The position numbers and the translations under genes are program-made. The notes beneath the pieces are model-generated. The model was given only the letters and a program-made list of their open reading frames with translations, was not told the origin of the DNA and ran no database searches. This document shows, one piece after another, positions 24,046-37,234 of a stretch of DNA of 64,000 bases (position 1 is the first letter of the stretch; every line of letters starts with the position of its first letter). This DNA is from Parasitella parasitica NRRL 2501 (Eukaryota > Fungi > Mucoromycota): positions 208,445-272,444 of the forward strand of contig MU619261.1 of assembly GCA_025201805.1 (NCBI GenBank), given 5' to 3'.

Positions 24046-27000
24046 ATGTCTGCTGCCGATAACAAGGAACAAAAGGAAGCAACTCCTGTTGAGCTCGACC
24101 CTGTTGCCGCTGCCAAAAAGGCAGAAAAAGAAAAGAAGAATGAGGAGAAGCGTCTTGCAAAGATGGCTAAATTTGCTGCCAAGCAAGCCAAGGTTGTGTG
24201 CATATTCATTCTTTTGCATTGTTTTTTTACGTGAGTTCTTACATTTTGTTTCGTTTAGCTCGACGAGGCCAAGAAATCCGCCCCTGCCAACCCTGAAAAG
24301 AAAAAGAAGAAGGAGGCCAAGGCTCCTGTTCCTGACTTTGTCAACAAGACTCCCAAGGGCGAAAAAAAAGGTAAAATTGAGTTCAGCATGTGCAGTGACA
24401 ACAACAATTGATCTAACGACATTCGCCTTACTAGACATGTCTGAGCCTTTTGCCAGCACCTATGACCCTCGTGCTGTTGAAAGCGCCTGGTATGACTGGT
24501 GGGTCAAGGAGGGCCTTTTCAAGCCTGAATTCGGCCCTGACGGCAAACCCAAGCCTGAAGGTACATTTGTCATTCCCGCTCCTCCACCCAATGTTACTGG
24601 CTCCCTTCACATTGGTCATGCCCTGACTGTCTCTATCCAAGATGCATTGATCCGCTGGTAAGTAATGTGCCGTTTTTTTTTTTTGTGCAATTGTAATCAA
24701 CCTCTCGTTTTGCTAGGAACCGTATGTTGGGCAAGACTGTTTTGTTTCAAGCTGGTACTGACCATGCCGGTATTTCATGTCAATCCGTCGTTGAAAAGAT
24801 GCTGTGGAAGGAGAGAAAGGTTACCCGCCATGATCTCGGTCGTGATATGTTTGTCAAGGAAGTGTTTGCCTGGAAGGATAAGTTTGGCGACAAGATTTAC
24901 AAACAGTTTGAGCGTCTTGGTGCTTCTTTTGACTGGGACAGAGCTGTTTTTACCATGGATGATGCAAGTATATCTGTGCGTATCGCATTGCTCTCATTAT
25001 GCTAATTTTTTTTTTCTTTCTTTTCTTCAACAGGGGCCGTCTGCTGCAGTCCGCGAAAACTTTGTTCGCCTTCGTCGCGATGGTCTCATTTACCGTGCTA
25101 ACCGTCTTGTCAACTGGTGTGTTCAACTTAATACTACCTTGTCCAACTTGGAGGTTGAAAACAAGGAAATTCCAGGTAAAACTCTGATGAACGTTGTTGG
25201 CTATGATGAAAAGGAAAAGTTTATGTTTGGTGTTCTCAACGAATTCGCTTATCAGGTAGAAAGATCTGATGAGCGTCTCGTTGTTGCTACTACTCGTATC
25301 GAAACCATGCTTGGTGATACTGCCATTGCTGTTCATCCCGACGATAAGCGTTACACTCATCTTCATGGCAAGTACGTCATTCACCCATTCATCGATCGAC
25401 GCATTCCTATTGTCACTGACGACATTGCTGTTGATATGGAATTTGGTACTGGTGCTGTCAAAATTACCCCTGCTCACGATTTCAACGATTATGAAGTTGG
25501 CAAGCGCCACGACTTGGAATTCATCAATCTTTTGAACGATGACGGTACGTACAATGAAAACGCTGGTCCATACCAAGGAATGAAGCGCTTCCATATTCGT
25601 AACAAGATTATCGAGGATTTGAAAGAAAAGGGGTTGTTTGTTGGCGTCAAGTCAAATCCAATGACTGTTCCTGTCTGCAGTAAGTCTGGTGATATTATTG
25701 AGCCTTTGATGAAGCCTCAATGGTGGGTCAAATGTCAAGGCATGGCTGAGAAAGCTATGCAAGCCGTTACTGATGGTGAGCTCAAGATCGCTCCTAAGGT
25801 ATCTGAGGGCGATTGGTTCCGTTGGTTAGCCAACATTAATGACTGGTGTATTTCTCGTCAATTATGGTGGGGCCATCAAATTCCTGCTTACTTTGTCAAC
25901 ATTGAAGGTGAGACTCATGACCGTATTGATGATGCCATGTGGGTTACTGGTGTAGACGAACAGGATGCCCATGCTGAAGCTGAGCGCAAGTTCCCTGGAA
26001 AGAAGTTTTCTCTTGAGCCGGATGAGGATGTCCTGGATACCTGGTTTTCTTCCGGCTTATGGCCCTTCTCCACCCAGGGCTGGCCCGAAAAGACATTCAA
26101 CATGGAGCACTTTTACCCTGCTTCTCTGCTGGAAACTGGATGGGATATTCTTTTCTTCTGGGTCGCTCGTATGGTCATGCTCGGCATTCAATTAACTGGT
26201 AAGGTTCCTTTTGCTGAAGTTCTTTGTCATGCTATGATCCGTGACGCTCATGGTCGCAAGATGTCCAAGTCTCTTGGCAATGTCATCGATCCCGTTGATG
26301 TCATTGAGGGCATCACTCTCCAAGGTCTTCACGATAAGCTTTATGAAGGTAACTTGGATCCCAAAGAGATCAAGAAGGCCGAAACTGGCCAAAAAGCCGA
26401 CTTCCCCAAGGGTATTCCTAAATGTGGCACTGATGCTCTTCGTTTCGCTCTTTGTGCCTATACCACTGGCGGCCGTGATATCAATCTCGACATTTTGCGT
26501 GTCGAAGGTTACCGTAAATTTTGTAACAAGCTGTGGAATGCCACTCGTTTCGCTTTAATGAAACTAGGAGACGATTTCAAGCCTAATGAATCCACAGAGC
26601 CTACAGGTAACGAGTCCTTGGCTGACAAATGGATTCTTTCCAAGCTAAACAAGTGCACTATTGACATAAACAAGTTCCTCGAAGAGCGCAACTTTATGAT
26701 GGCTACTAATAGCATTTATCAATTCTGGCTTTACGAACTTTGCGACGTCTACATTGAGGTTGTCAAGCCCATCTGTGATGCTGATACTACCGGTGACGAA
26801 GCTGCTTCTGCTTGTAAGATCACTGCTCAAAACACTTTGTACACTTGTCTTGAGGCAGGCCTTAAGCTTTTGCATCCATTTATGCCTTATGTTACCGAAG
26901 AACTATTCCAACGTCTTGGTCGCCGTCCTGGCCATGATGAACCTTCCATTGTCAAGGCTCGTTATCCTGTTGAAAACAAGGCTTACGATTTTGCCCAAGC

Positions 27001-27265
27001 CGAGAAAGAGTTTGATACTGTCTTTGAGACCGTCAAGGGCATCCGTTCAATTGCTACTCAGTTAAATCAAAAGAAGAACATTGTTGCCTATATCCAAACT
27101 AATGACTCTGGTCTCAAGTCTCTCTACGAGGCCAACAAGGGCTCTATTACTGCTTTGGTCAAGGGTGTAGATGAATTGACCATTTGCGATACTAGTGCTG
27201 GAGCTCCCGCTGATTGCGAAACTGCTCCTTGTGGTGAAAATGCCAATGTCTTTGTTCGCAAGTAA
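24046..27265 (+). CDS. VAS1: Valine--tRNA ligase
   Basis: [56 protein letters not shown]. Four introns, one of them GC-AG (24964-25033). Confidence 0.97.
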
Positions 27266-27560
27266 ATAGTTTTTCTTTTCTCCTTCTCGTGGATAAAACA
27301 AGTAGCTTCATATTGTACTACTGTTAGAAAGAAAGAAAAAAAAAAAAAGAAAAAAAAAAACTTTTTTTACATGTAATAAAATGATTAGAACTCGAAATTT
27401 ACTTTGCACTGCCTGTCATGAATTTCACTGCATCTATGATTTCTGCAAAGCAGTGCGGTTACTAAATGTGACTCTGCCAGGGCTACTATCCAGCGATATG
27501 AATTTCGTGTTCATGTGCAAGTTTGTCTCTATTGTAGCGATACAAACACAAAATATAAAT

Positions 27561-28702
27561 ATGGCACAGCCTATGGCTCAAAAGCTGCTTGTTGTTGGAG
27601 GCTCCGGATTTCTCGGTAATTCTCTAGTGCCGTTTCATTTTACATGATTATTTTTATCAAGTGTTATGAGTTAGGTTTGAACATTTGCAAGATGGCTGCA
27701 AACAAGGGTTGGGAAACTGTCAGTTTAAGGTAGGTAGAGAGGGTAAAAAAAAAAACAAAGCCGACTTTACAAACAAAATGACTCATATCAAGTCTAAAGT
27801 CGACGAGGGGAACCTACAATATTTGGTGAATATGGAAAGCCAGAATGGGCTCAAAAGGTAAACCAGCTGGATTTTGATTTTTTTTTTACGCCATGTACGA
27901 AAATCTGATACAAACAAAATAGGTGCAATGGGCCTCAGGCAACTCATTAAAGCCAGAAACATACAAAGACATATTGAAAGGTGTCACTGCAGTGGTCCAT
28001 TCGGTTGGTATTTTGATGGAGAACGACTATAAATCTGTCGCCCAGGCTCAAACGTTATGTGAAGCTGCCAGTGGAATCCCTCACATGATTTTGGGTATGA
28101 AAGACCATGGCAATCCACTTGACCCCGCATTAAAAGATCACCCAAGACCAACTTATGAAATGATGAACAGAGATACAGGTAAAATAACAAGCAACATGGG
28201 TCAAAACAAGAATCTAAAGCAGCGCTTTATCAGTCAAAACAGTAGCTGATGAGGTTTCCAAACTGCCAGCAATCAATTCATTTGTTTATATTTCAGCCTC
28301 TGATGTGTTTCCTTTTATTGATCCTCGCTACATCACTACAAAGAGAGAAGCCGAACGCTACTTGTTTCAAAACGAAAAGTTCAAGACGATGGTTCTTCGT
28401 CCTGGTATGTTGCATTTCTTAGGATTGATACATGATATCTGAATTCAACTGCACACATAGGATTCATGTACAACTTACAAAGGCCTACAGCTGTCCCTAT
28501 TGCAGGTGCTCTTCAGTTTGCCAATGCAGTGACCAGTCCATTCAAGAACGCTATCGCCAGCTTGCCAGGTGGAAAGACCATCACGACGCCGCCGCTACAA
28601 ACAGAACAGGTCGCAAGAGCTGCAATTGCAGCCATAGAATCACAACAGAGTGGAATCTTTGACGTAGAAGGCATTGAGAAGCTCAGTCGTGCGTACATTT
28701 AG
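27561..28702 (+). CDS. Atypical NAD(P)-binding short-chain dehydrogenase, Coq11-like (multi-exon)
   Basis: KLLVVGGSGFLG (Rossmann motif), VVHSVGIL, YEMMNRD, FVYISA, YITTKREAE, LRPGFMY. Confidence 0.82.
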
Positions 28703-28872
28703 TATCTGCCAATAAAGCATTTTCGCTATTTTCATGCAAAATCATGCCACCGTGTGTAACTGTATTCATCACGTGGTATAGCAACCTAGATTTGGGTATA
28801 AAGATGCTCTCTGCTTACCGCACAATCTTTTGTCTTTTTTTTCTATTTTTTTTTTTTTTATCTTCTGTGCAA

Positions 28873-29691
28873 ATGACATCTATTATTGGCTATACTAGAG
28901 TGCCGTTTAACCCCTCATGCTCAATTGCACCTGTTCAACGGCTGTACCAAAGTAGACCTCCATTCAGTAGAACAGACAATGCTCGCAACAGTAAAAGCAG
29001 TGATGGAGATGGTAACAGACCTACTTTTCATCGCATGTTTTCAAGAGAGTCTTTTGGCTCAAACGGCATTATTGAACTGATCACTGACGCTCCCAAGACG
29101 CCTCTTCGATCAAGTAAAATATCCATAGTGACAAAGCCGGCCATAGACAACAACAGCAACACCAAGAACGAGAAGATCACGATAAACCACAGAAACTACA
29201 ACACTCATTTGTCTATTGATCTTGGCAACAAGCGCGACTGCGATCATCTGCCTGCAATGGCCATTGACCAGGTGACGACGACAAACTACGACAGTTTGCA
29301 GCGCTTGATGGATTCTATTGCAAAATTAGCACACGACAAGTCTGTCAAATTCTTGAACATCATCGAATTACTAAAACAACTGCAACTGCACCAACCCCAG
29401 CATCGTTTTATGAGCTGTATTGACAAGCAAAAGGATGTAATTTTGGTCTACTTTCCTAGCACCATCTCTAAAAGCGTAGACCAGACTTATAACTGGCTTA
29501 AAACGAATGCTGGCATCGATATCAAACACTACGACAATCAATGGAATTTGGTGCAAGACTTTCCAGAAGAAAACAACTTTTTCGATGGCCCCAAGTATTT
29601 TGAAGATATACACATGTTTATCAATCAGGTGGACGCCTTGATAGAATCAAACGGCCTTTTTTCTCATAAAAAAAAGGGGGGCAACCAATGA
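28873..29691 (+). CDS. Hypothetical protein
   Basis: Long intronless ORF with coding-like composition. Likely start MTSIIG after a poly-T UTR. No recognised domain. Confidence 0.6.
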   Translation: MTSIIGYTRVPFNPSCSIAPVQRLYQSRPPFSRTDNARNSKSSDGDGNRPTFHRMFSRESFGSNGIIELITDAPKTPLRSSKISIVTKPAIDNNSNTKNEKITINHRNYNTHLSIDLGNKRDCDHLPAMAIDQVTTTNYDSLQRLMDSIAKLAHDKSVKFLNIIELLKQLQLHQPQHRFMSCIDKQKDVILVYFPSTISKSVDQTYNWLKTNAGIDIKHYDNQWNLVQDFPEENNFFDGPKYFEDIHMFINQVDALIESNGLFSHKKKGGNQ

Positions 29692-30894
29692 TGATTTGTC
29701 GTTGGTGAGTCAAACGCGCGTCTTGTGATACGAAACTACATTTCACATCCACTAATGCATACCATTTTCTATACATACAATATTCATTACATGCCACTTT
29801 TTTTTTTTTTTTTTTTAAAAAAAAACTAGTATAAATCTCTCAAATCACATATTAAAAGCGATTGTATATTTCCTCTGATAAACTCGCCTGGGAAGATGGA
29901 AATATGACATATTTGATGCAGTGTCACCTGGAAGCGCCATGATCTGTAATTTATGCAATTTTGAGATTATGTAGTATGTTCATCAATTAAGCAATACCGA
30001 CTGATCAGACATTGCCATTTATCCCTTACCGACCAGACAACCAAGAGCAACTTGTAGACGAATACACTACTTTTGATGAAACGCAAAAAAAGTAGAATAT
30101 GGCCATGCTGAATATACCGTTATGAATGCTGCCAATAAGGATGCCATGGCCAACAATGAGTCAAAAGATGTAAAAGACAATTTAGCTAACCTAAAATATT
30201 AAAAGAAGACTTTCAGCCAGTTCAAATAAAGTACAAAACTATTCCCATGCGGAAATTACTGTTTTTATCCACGGTTTGCGGGAAGAGGGCTGTAGTGTAA
30301 CTGAAGTTGCAAAAAGACAAGTATTCTTCGTAGCACAGCCTACAGAATATATGGACAGAGTTCAACGAGAGCGGCGACAGAGAGCTTCCTGGATTCAAAA
30401 ANNNNNNNNNNNNNNNAAAAAAAAGACACAAAACAAGACAACTGTGGATTACCTTCCATCTTAAACAAAGAGCATTCTCAATTCCTAATCAAGTAAATTG
30501 ATTCGAATGTTGCATCAACTGTAGACCTGCAAGCTATGTAGAGCCTTTCCGGACTTACAAATATCGGTTAATGCAGTTTATAAGCATGTGTGGGCAAAAC
30601 GTAATCTGCCTTTGAAGAGAGCTAAAATATTTCGCGAGGAACGTGATTTATATGAGGTAATTGAAAAGAGGAGGTTATACGGGATATCAAGAAATGCAAA
30701 GAGAATAATGTCGATTGCCAGAAATACTGCGTTTTTATCGATAAAACTGGTACCGTATAATAAGCTTGTAAAGGTCTAGGTTCCAACTCAAAAAGGTAGA
30801 GCAAAAGACAGCCTTTGGTTTCCAATGATGCCTTAATTCCTCGAATAAGGCAAGCAGATAATTGCGATAGATGTTTGAATGAAGAACAATTTCA

Positions 30895-32150
30895 TTTTTT
30901 TTTTTTTTTTTTTTGGTTTACGCGAACTTCAGTGTGTTATTGTCAGAAAAAAGGCAAAAACTAAGAGAAAACAATGTTTAGCGATCTCAGACACAAAAAC
31001 AAGTAATGCAAAGTAATGAATTAGACTAGAAGACACCTTTTGATTACATATTTGCATAGCTTAGACCAAGATTTTATGCTCTTTGAGTTGACATCAGATG
31101 AAGGTGAGACTTTTCTGACTCTTTTTCGAAAAAGTATTTTTCAAAATCGGAGCGGGAGATCGTCAGGTCAGGTAGAAGCATGCAAGTACTACCACTAGAA
31201 AGCCAAGAAGCACACCATTAAAATAAACTAGTTTGAAATTATTTTTCTCTTAATTTGGTTAATCTATAGCTTCTCAAAGCTAATGATTTCTTCAAAAAAG
31301 AACATCATTTTTCTCTGATAGCGGAGATTAAACGCGTCCAAAATCAGGAAGGTAAAGTTCTTTCAGAAACTCAATTTGGACATTTCGAATCCAAAATTAC
31401 TCCTTTGAGGCAAGATATCATCCTCTGATACTATGCATACCACGGCTGTCAGTCTATGATAATAGCTGTATTTTTGGGCGTTCTACCCGATGGTATTACT
31501 TTATAATTCCCCGTATGCCTGTGGAAGTAATTCTGTTGAGAAAGCTTCAATATCAGATCAAGAGGGAAAGGTCAACATTTTGCTTAATCAAAGCGCATTG
31601 CCAGTTTTTCAGATCATGGAATGGTCTTTTACGATCATTTTCCTCCAATATATGTCATAGTAAAAAGTTGCATTTTTGAGGTCAAAAGTGAAGATAATGC
31701 ATAATTGATGATTTTGGATGTGTGGATACAAGGAAAAAATCGAAAAAAATCTGTCATTTTGCATAGAAAAAAAAATCATGCTCAAATTGCACCAAAACCA
31801 TATATAATGCAGTTTTTTCCCAATGAATACTATTTCTGGCGTTTTCAGGGCACTTTTAATTATAAAAATCAGTCAAAAAATGGCACACAAAGCTAAAGTT
31901 CTTGCTTTTAAGCTGTAAAGAATATCTATCTGGAGATGATATCACGTCAATATCAATTATGAAATTTAAACAATTTTGTATTGTGATTGTTCAGTTTCAG
32001 GTATCTGAAGTACATGTCGTTAGTGTCGAAAAAGAATTGTTATTGCATTGAAAAATGGGATACTAAAAAACCCAAGTATTCATTCATTAAAAAAATTACT
32101 ATTGCTCCTGCACAATAGTTGTTTGATAAAAAAAAAAGTCGCAATTTCGC
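30895..32150. repeat. Dispersed repeat family A, copy 2
   Basis: Same orientation as 463-2352. Has ~175 bp extra (30964-31136) and lacks the ~870 bp between the tatcaatt repeats of copy 1. Confidence 0.9.
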
Positions 32151-32271
32151 ACATTATATCACTATAAAATGTTCTCTAGTCTCGGACATAAAAAATTGTT
32201 GCGCGTATAAATTAATTATCTTGTGATCCTTTTGAAAAGAGNNNNNNNNNNNNNNNNNNNNNNNNNNNNNN

Positions 32272-32326
<55 letters not shown>

Positions 32327-33455
32327 AAGATTAAGATTAAGTGAAACAATTGAAGATATAGATCCTAAATATAAAGAAGGTAATTATTAGCTTAGTCGTC
32401 AAATACAAGACTAATTTAATTAAACAATGCTTAATAATTAATTACTTCTGCAATTGCAGAGATCTCTGCTGCTAATGTTGCCATGTAAATTAACACCATA
32501 TCTCAGCAACTTACTGCTGTTATTTTCAACTCCTATGACGACTCATCCTTTTTTAGTCTATAAAGCCTTATGAATACGAAGGATTGTAACAGCTTTTTGA
32601 TTATTCGATGTCCCCTTTGAAATTTTGCGTGATTATTGTGAAAAACAGATACTAAATTTTTTTTTTTAAAAAAAAAGCAAAAACATCTTCTGTCTTATTC
32701 AAGACAAGAAGTTAATATCATATAATATAAACAACATGCCTAGTTTATATGATTCCAGCAGCAGTAAGAGTGTTGTATCAAGATTTATAAATGAAGAAAG
32801 TCCTGGATCATGCAGTACCATGATGAAGCAAGCTCTTTTGGAACTCGGAGATAAGTGAGCTATTCAAGAACTATACAAAAACTTATGTCCACTGAAAATG
32901 TGAATTCGGTCCTAGTAAAACGTGTATCAAGTAGCTCTGGTCCTGCTGGCTTCAACATAGCACAGTTCTTGATCAGATAGATTCTTGGCAGGTAGTGATG
33001 TTTTAAAGAGTTGATTTAGAACAAATTTGCCAAAGAATTACACTTTATCACGGATAAATTTCGTAGGTGTATTTATACGCAATCGTTATTCAAGGAAGGT
33101 TGCTATAATGTGGGTGATAACAAAATCCAACACTTATGGAGTGTATTAAATCTAAATCGCCCATGAATTAACCCGAAAAATATGCGACATATTACCTTTT
33201 CCTGAAAATCATATAATGTTTTATCATTGCACTTGGGCTTCTAGCAAAACAACTTTGAGAAATATGAGGATCTAATTGATAGGCAAATACGATTACAAAT
33301 ATTTGTATCATACACACACTGCTAGTAACACATATACGATCATGTTAAAAGATATGAGATAGGGATTTATTTTAATGCATGTATTTACATGTATGTTACA
33401 TTTACTACAATTGCTACTATTTCTGATTCTACTACTTCTATTGCTATACTAATTT

Positions 33456-36013
33456 TCAAATGCCTTCAGTTGAAACTTTTGCTAAACGTTGAGCCAAAGC
33501 AGCCTTGAATTCATCATTTTGAGTAGGTGCAGCTGTTGGGGTGGCACTATGAGCAGTAGTAACAGGAGGCTTAGGTACAGGTCGAGGGGGCACAATAGGC
33601 ACTTGATGCTGTAATGATGGCGAATTATTATTCCAAACATCACTCTTTGTTGGCGCAACATGAAAATTCTCTGTTTCCTCTTTTGATAAACCTTCAGTTG
33701 ACCCGCCTTCATGAATTGTAACTGGCCTTGCAAAGATGCCATTGCTGCCATCCACACTCTTTCTGAATGGGAAAAACGAGGACTGGCTGTACCTTCTCTC
33801 CTCCTCTTCTTCCACACTACTGTCTCCATGAGTACTAAGCGTGTTCAAAGAAATGGAGCCTGTACTAAATCTGACATTGGAACTGGCGTTGCTAAAGACA
33901 GAACTGGTCCGGTTGCCATTACTACTGCTACGAGCACCATACATGCTATTTGATTTTACTTGAGGTGGCTCTCTTAGTGTGCTCAACTCATCTACCGTAT
34001 TCTGACTCACCCAAGATCGCATCAGAATGTACTGTGTAGCCAATTTCTGCTGCTCATCCAAGTTTTCATCGTCTCCATCATCCATTGATATGTTGGCTGC
34101 GCTGCTGCCGCTGCCGCTGCTGCTGTTGGGCGACTCGTTACCGCCAAAAAATCCACCGCCACTGAACCGCTGTATACGGGATGCGCCGCGATGTAAAGCA
34201 CTGGACAAAGCTGGTCTAAAATGATGTTTTTGCGATGATTTCAAAAACGCAGCAGGTATCGAAGGTGTGTAGCATGGCCCTGTTTGAAAACGATGAATGG
34301 TATTCAGTACCTCGTGGATACGGGGTTCATTCTCTGCGCTACTGCCAGCGTTTGAGGAGTTCTTGAAGGCGGCTAGTAAATAAGTGATATCATGGATAAA
34401 GGTGCCAAGAAATGGAACTGTGGGTCTCGAGTAATGCTCATCCCGGATCAATTGCACACTTTTGCCGTTAACTACGCTGGTTTTCACCATGCCCATATGC
34501 TCTCGGTATTGTCCATAATTGTTGGCTTCAGACATGAGTTCGTTCAATGCATCCAGCTTAGTGACGCTCTTCTTGGGTATATACGCCCAAGTACGCTTAA
34601 GACGCTGCACAGGGGGCGTGTTTAGTGCTGATATAATGGCTTTAAGTGTTTGATAATTGTTAATGTCCAAACAGCGGGAGGCTACTTTGATCCAGTAATG
34701 GATGAGTTGGGCTCTTGCTGATGCTTCTTGTGGTAACAATACTGCATGTTCAATACAACGAGTGATGTAGTTGAAGAAATCCGTCGAAGCTACAATGCGA
34801 GGATGGGGGTGTTTGGAAGAATGCTCCAAGAGCGCCAAAGGAGGGATAGCATTGAAGATAGCAGCTTCAATTAGGGTGATTTGATAAGCAATAACATGTG
34901 CTTGAAACTGCAGAATACTTGGTATGGTCGCAGCACTCATGTAAATCGTGCGCACGCCGTTCAAAGTAACCTTCAATTCCGCCAACACTCGCAAGTACTG
35001 TGCAATCATCTGGTCCAGGCTGTCTTCTGTCATCGCATCGAGTGCCTGGCCTTGTGAGATTGCTTGTTTGCGGGCTCTGCAGCTGCGAATCTTGTCTTCA
35101 AATTCATTTACCTTTTGTTGCAACACTCGATGCGTTGTAAGGAGGGGAGGTGCAGGAATCAAGGGAACATGATCTGTGCTCATGGAACCAGACGATGGAG
35201 CCAGGCTATCGCCGGCATTTGTTTGAGCCGGCACCAGATAATCAGGGTCGATTCCCCCTTCAGCGACAATGCGAACATTGGCAACATGCGTGGTATTTTC
35301 TGACAAATATTCGGTAGACGGCCTTGGGGAAGTCTGCAATGTGCTGATATGATTGTGAGGGAGCGGCGGCAAACTAATTGGTCGGCTTTCGTGAACCCGT
35401 GGTTTAATCGTCATTGGCTCTTGTTTGTACGAATCGTCTAAAAATCAGATTAACAACCAACGCCTGCTTAAAACCTTGCAAATTTACCCAGCAATTCAGT
35501 TTCCACAAGAGTGGCGGGTGTTTGCTGAGCAGCTGTTGCCGTCGTCGTAACCGTAGGAGAGGTGACTTTGGGCTTTGGTGGTACGGCCGGTTTCTGCATT
35601 CTCGAAGGTTTTGGAGGCAGAGGAGGGCGCTTTTGATCACCCGTAGTCTGCCTACCGATAGGAGTGTATGTTGTGGTTGAGTGCTTCTCAATGATATTTT
35701 CAATGTGCAGCAAGCATGTTTTGATGGATGATAGCAGCAAGGCGTATTGCTTTGGGCTTGAAATAATGGCTATATTTAAAGAAACAATGTTGGATTGAAT
35801 GTATCTTTTGCAGTACGCAACTTACAAGAATGTACAAATTTGACATCATTTAATGTTTCAATTGCGCTTTTGCTGATTGATGTGAATGAGAAATAGGCTT
35901 CCTAGTAATGAATTAGGTTTGCAAAGCAAAAAGAAAAAAAAAGCGGGTTCTTTTACTTTTATCTGTCCTCTTTCTTCCAGCTCAATAGCATTTTGTATAT
36001 CTTGGTCAAACAT
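33456..36013 (-). CDS. Ras guanine nucleotide exchange factor (CDC25-like domain) with MIT-like N-terminus, 4 exons
   Basis: IAYQITLIE, RAQLIHYWIKVA..CLDINNYQTLKAIISALNTPPVQRLKRTW, NNYGQYRE, VPFLGTFIHDI. Upstream exons give MFDQDIQNAIELEERGQIKEAY and a Pro-rich region. Confidence 0.88.
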
Positions 36014-37234
36014 TATCTATATAACAAAAAACTCGAGTCTTTTGATGCCAAGCTTTCTATTTCTACTATGATATCAATTAAAGAAGGAGGGAAAAGACAA
36101 AAGGACGAAGAGAAAGAGAGAGAAAGAGAGAGAAAGAGAGAAGAAAGAGAGAAAGAGAGAAAACTCGGGGAGAAAATTTGTGTGAAAATACACCCAGACA
36201 TGTAATATCTGAACTAGTGCAAACAACTTGAGATAATTATTCCATATAGTTTGTGTATCAATAGCGTTTTGTCCTGCATCATGAGGGTTTTATCCCAGAT
36301 AATCTTATGTTAACTAATCATCTGAACAGATCAATTATGCTGTGCATTAATCCGCTATTGCGTACACATACATCATCCGACAATACATGGCTTTGGCTCT
36401 ACTGTTAAAAAGAAAGTCGTAATAAGCTTAAACTTTATATATACAAATCTCCCGCTTTGCCTATTTTGTTATGTTTCCGTTTAAGGGTGGATAGCCACCT
36501 TTTTCCGGGCAAGCTTACTAGCATGATGAAATCTCGGGAATCGAACAAGGCTTTTAAAGGCTCAACCAAGCCAGCGTAATAATAACAATATTATGTTCTT
36601 CGTTTCGTTTGCCTTAAAACCTAGTGAATTGCGTTTTGTCCTATCTAAAAATAAGTCTGATTAGGTATACCTATTTTTAAAAAATGTCAACTGTCTCAGG
36701 AACGATCGCATAGCTACTTTGGACGCATCAATATTATAAATTATTATTGTCATAATATGTAGAACAAAATTGTAATGTTGAATTCGTAGGCAAAAATAAT
36801 CTGACCTACTGAAAGCTTTTCTATCTTGGGATAGATTGATTTTTTAAAGAGTATAATTTATCAAGAGAAATCCATTATTAATACTAATCATGAAAAAAGT
36901 CTGTTTCAACACTTTTAATAAGGCGGCAGCCGTGTTGCCAAAATTGAAGTAGAACCCATCACTACTTCTTGTTATCGGCGATATTTGCTTATTTCAAAAG
37001 AGAATGCGCCAAAGCATACGTTAGTGCTAGATGAGCAGTTTTAGAGCAACTGTGCCCGTCAAAGTACCAGGAAAATCCTACGATATCTATGAATAAGGAC
37101 AAAGTAATTACATCGAGTACAATTCTTGATTCAAGTAACACAGAAGAAGCTATTATAAAAACACACATTGAATATAGTCAATTCGGGCAACAAGCCATAT
37201 TGCCACCATACCTTCACTTATTGAGCTAGTACTG

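Noticed and set aside
32242-33200. Poly-A run and coding-like fragments after the N gap
   Set aside because: Adjacent to the gap, many stops, and no assignable family.
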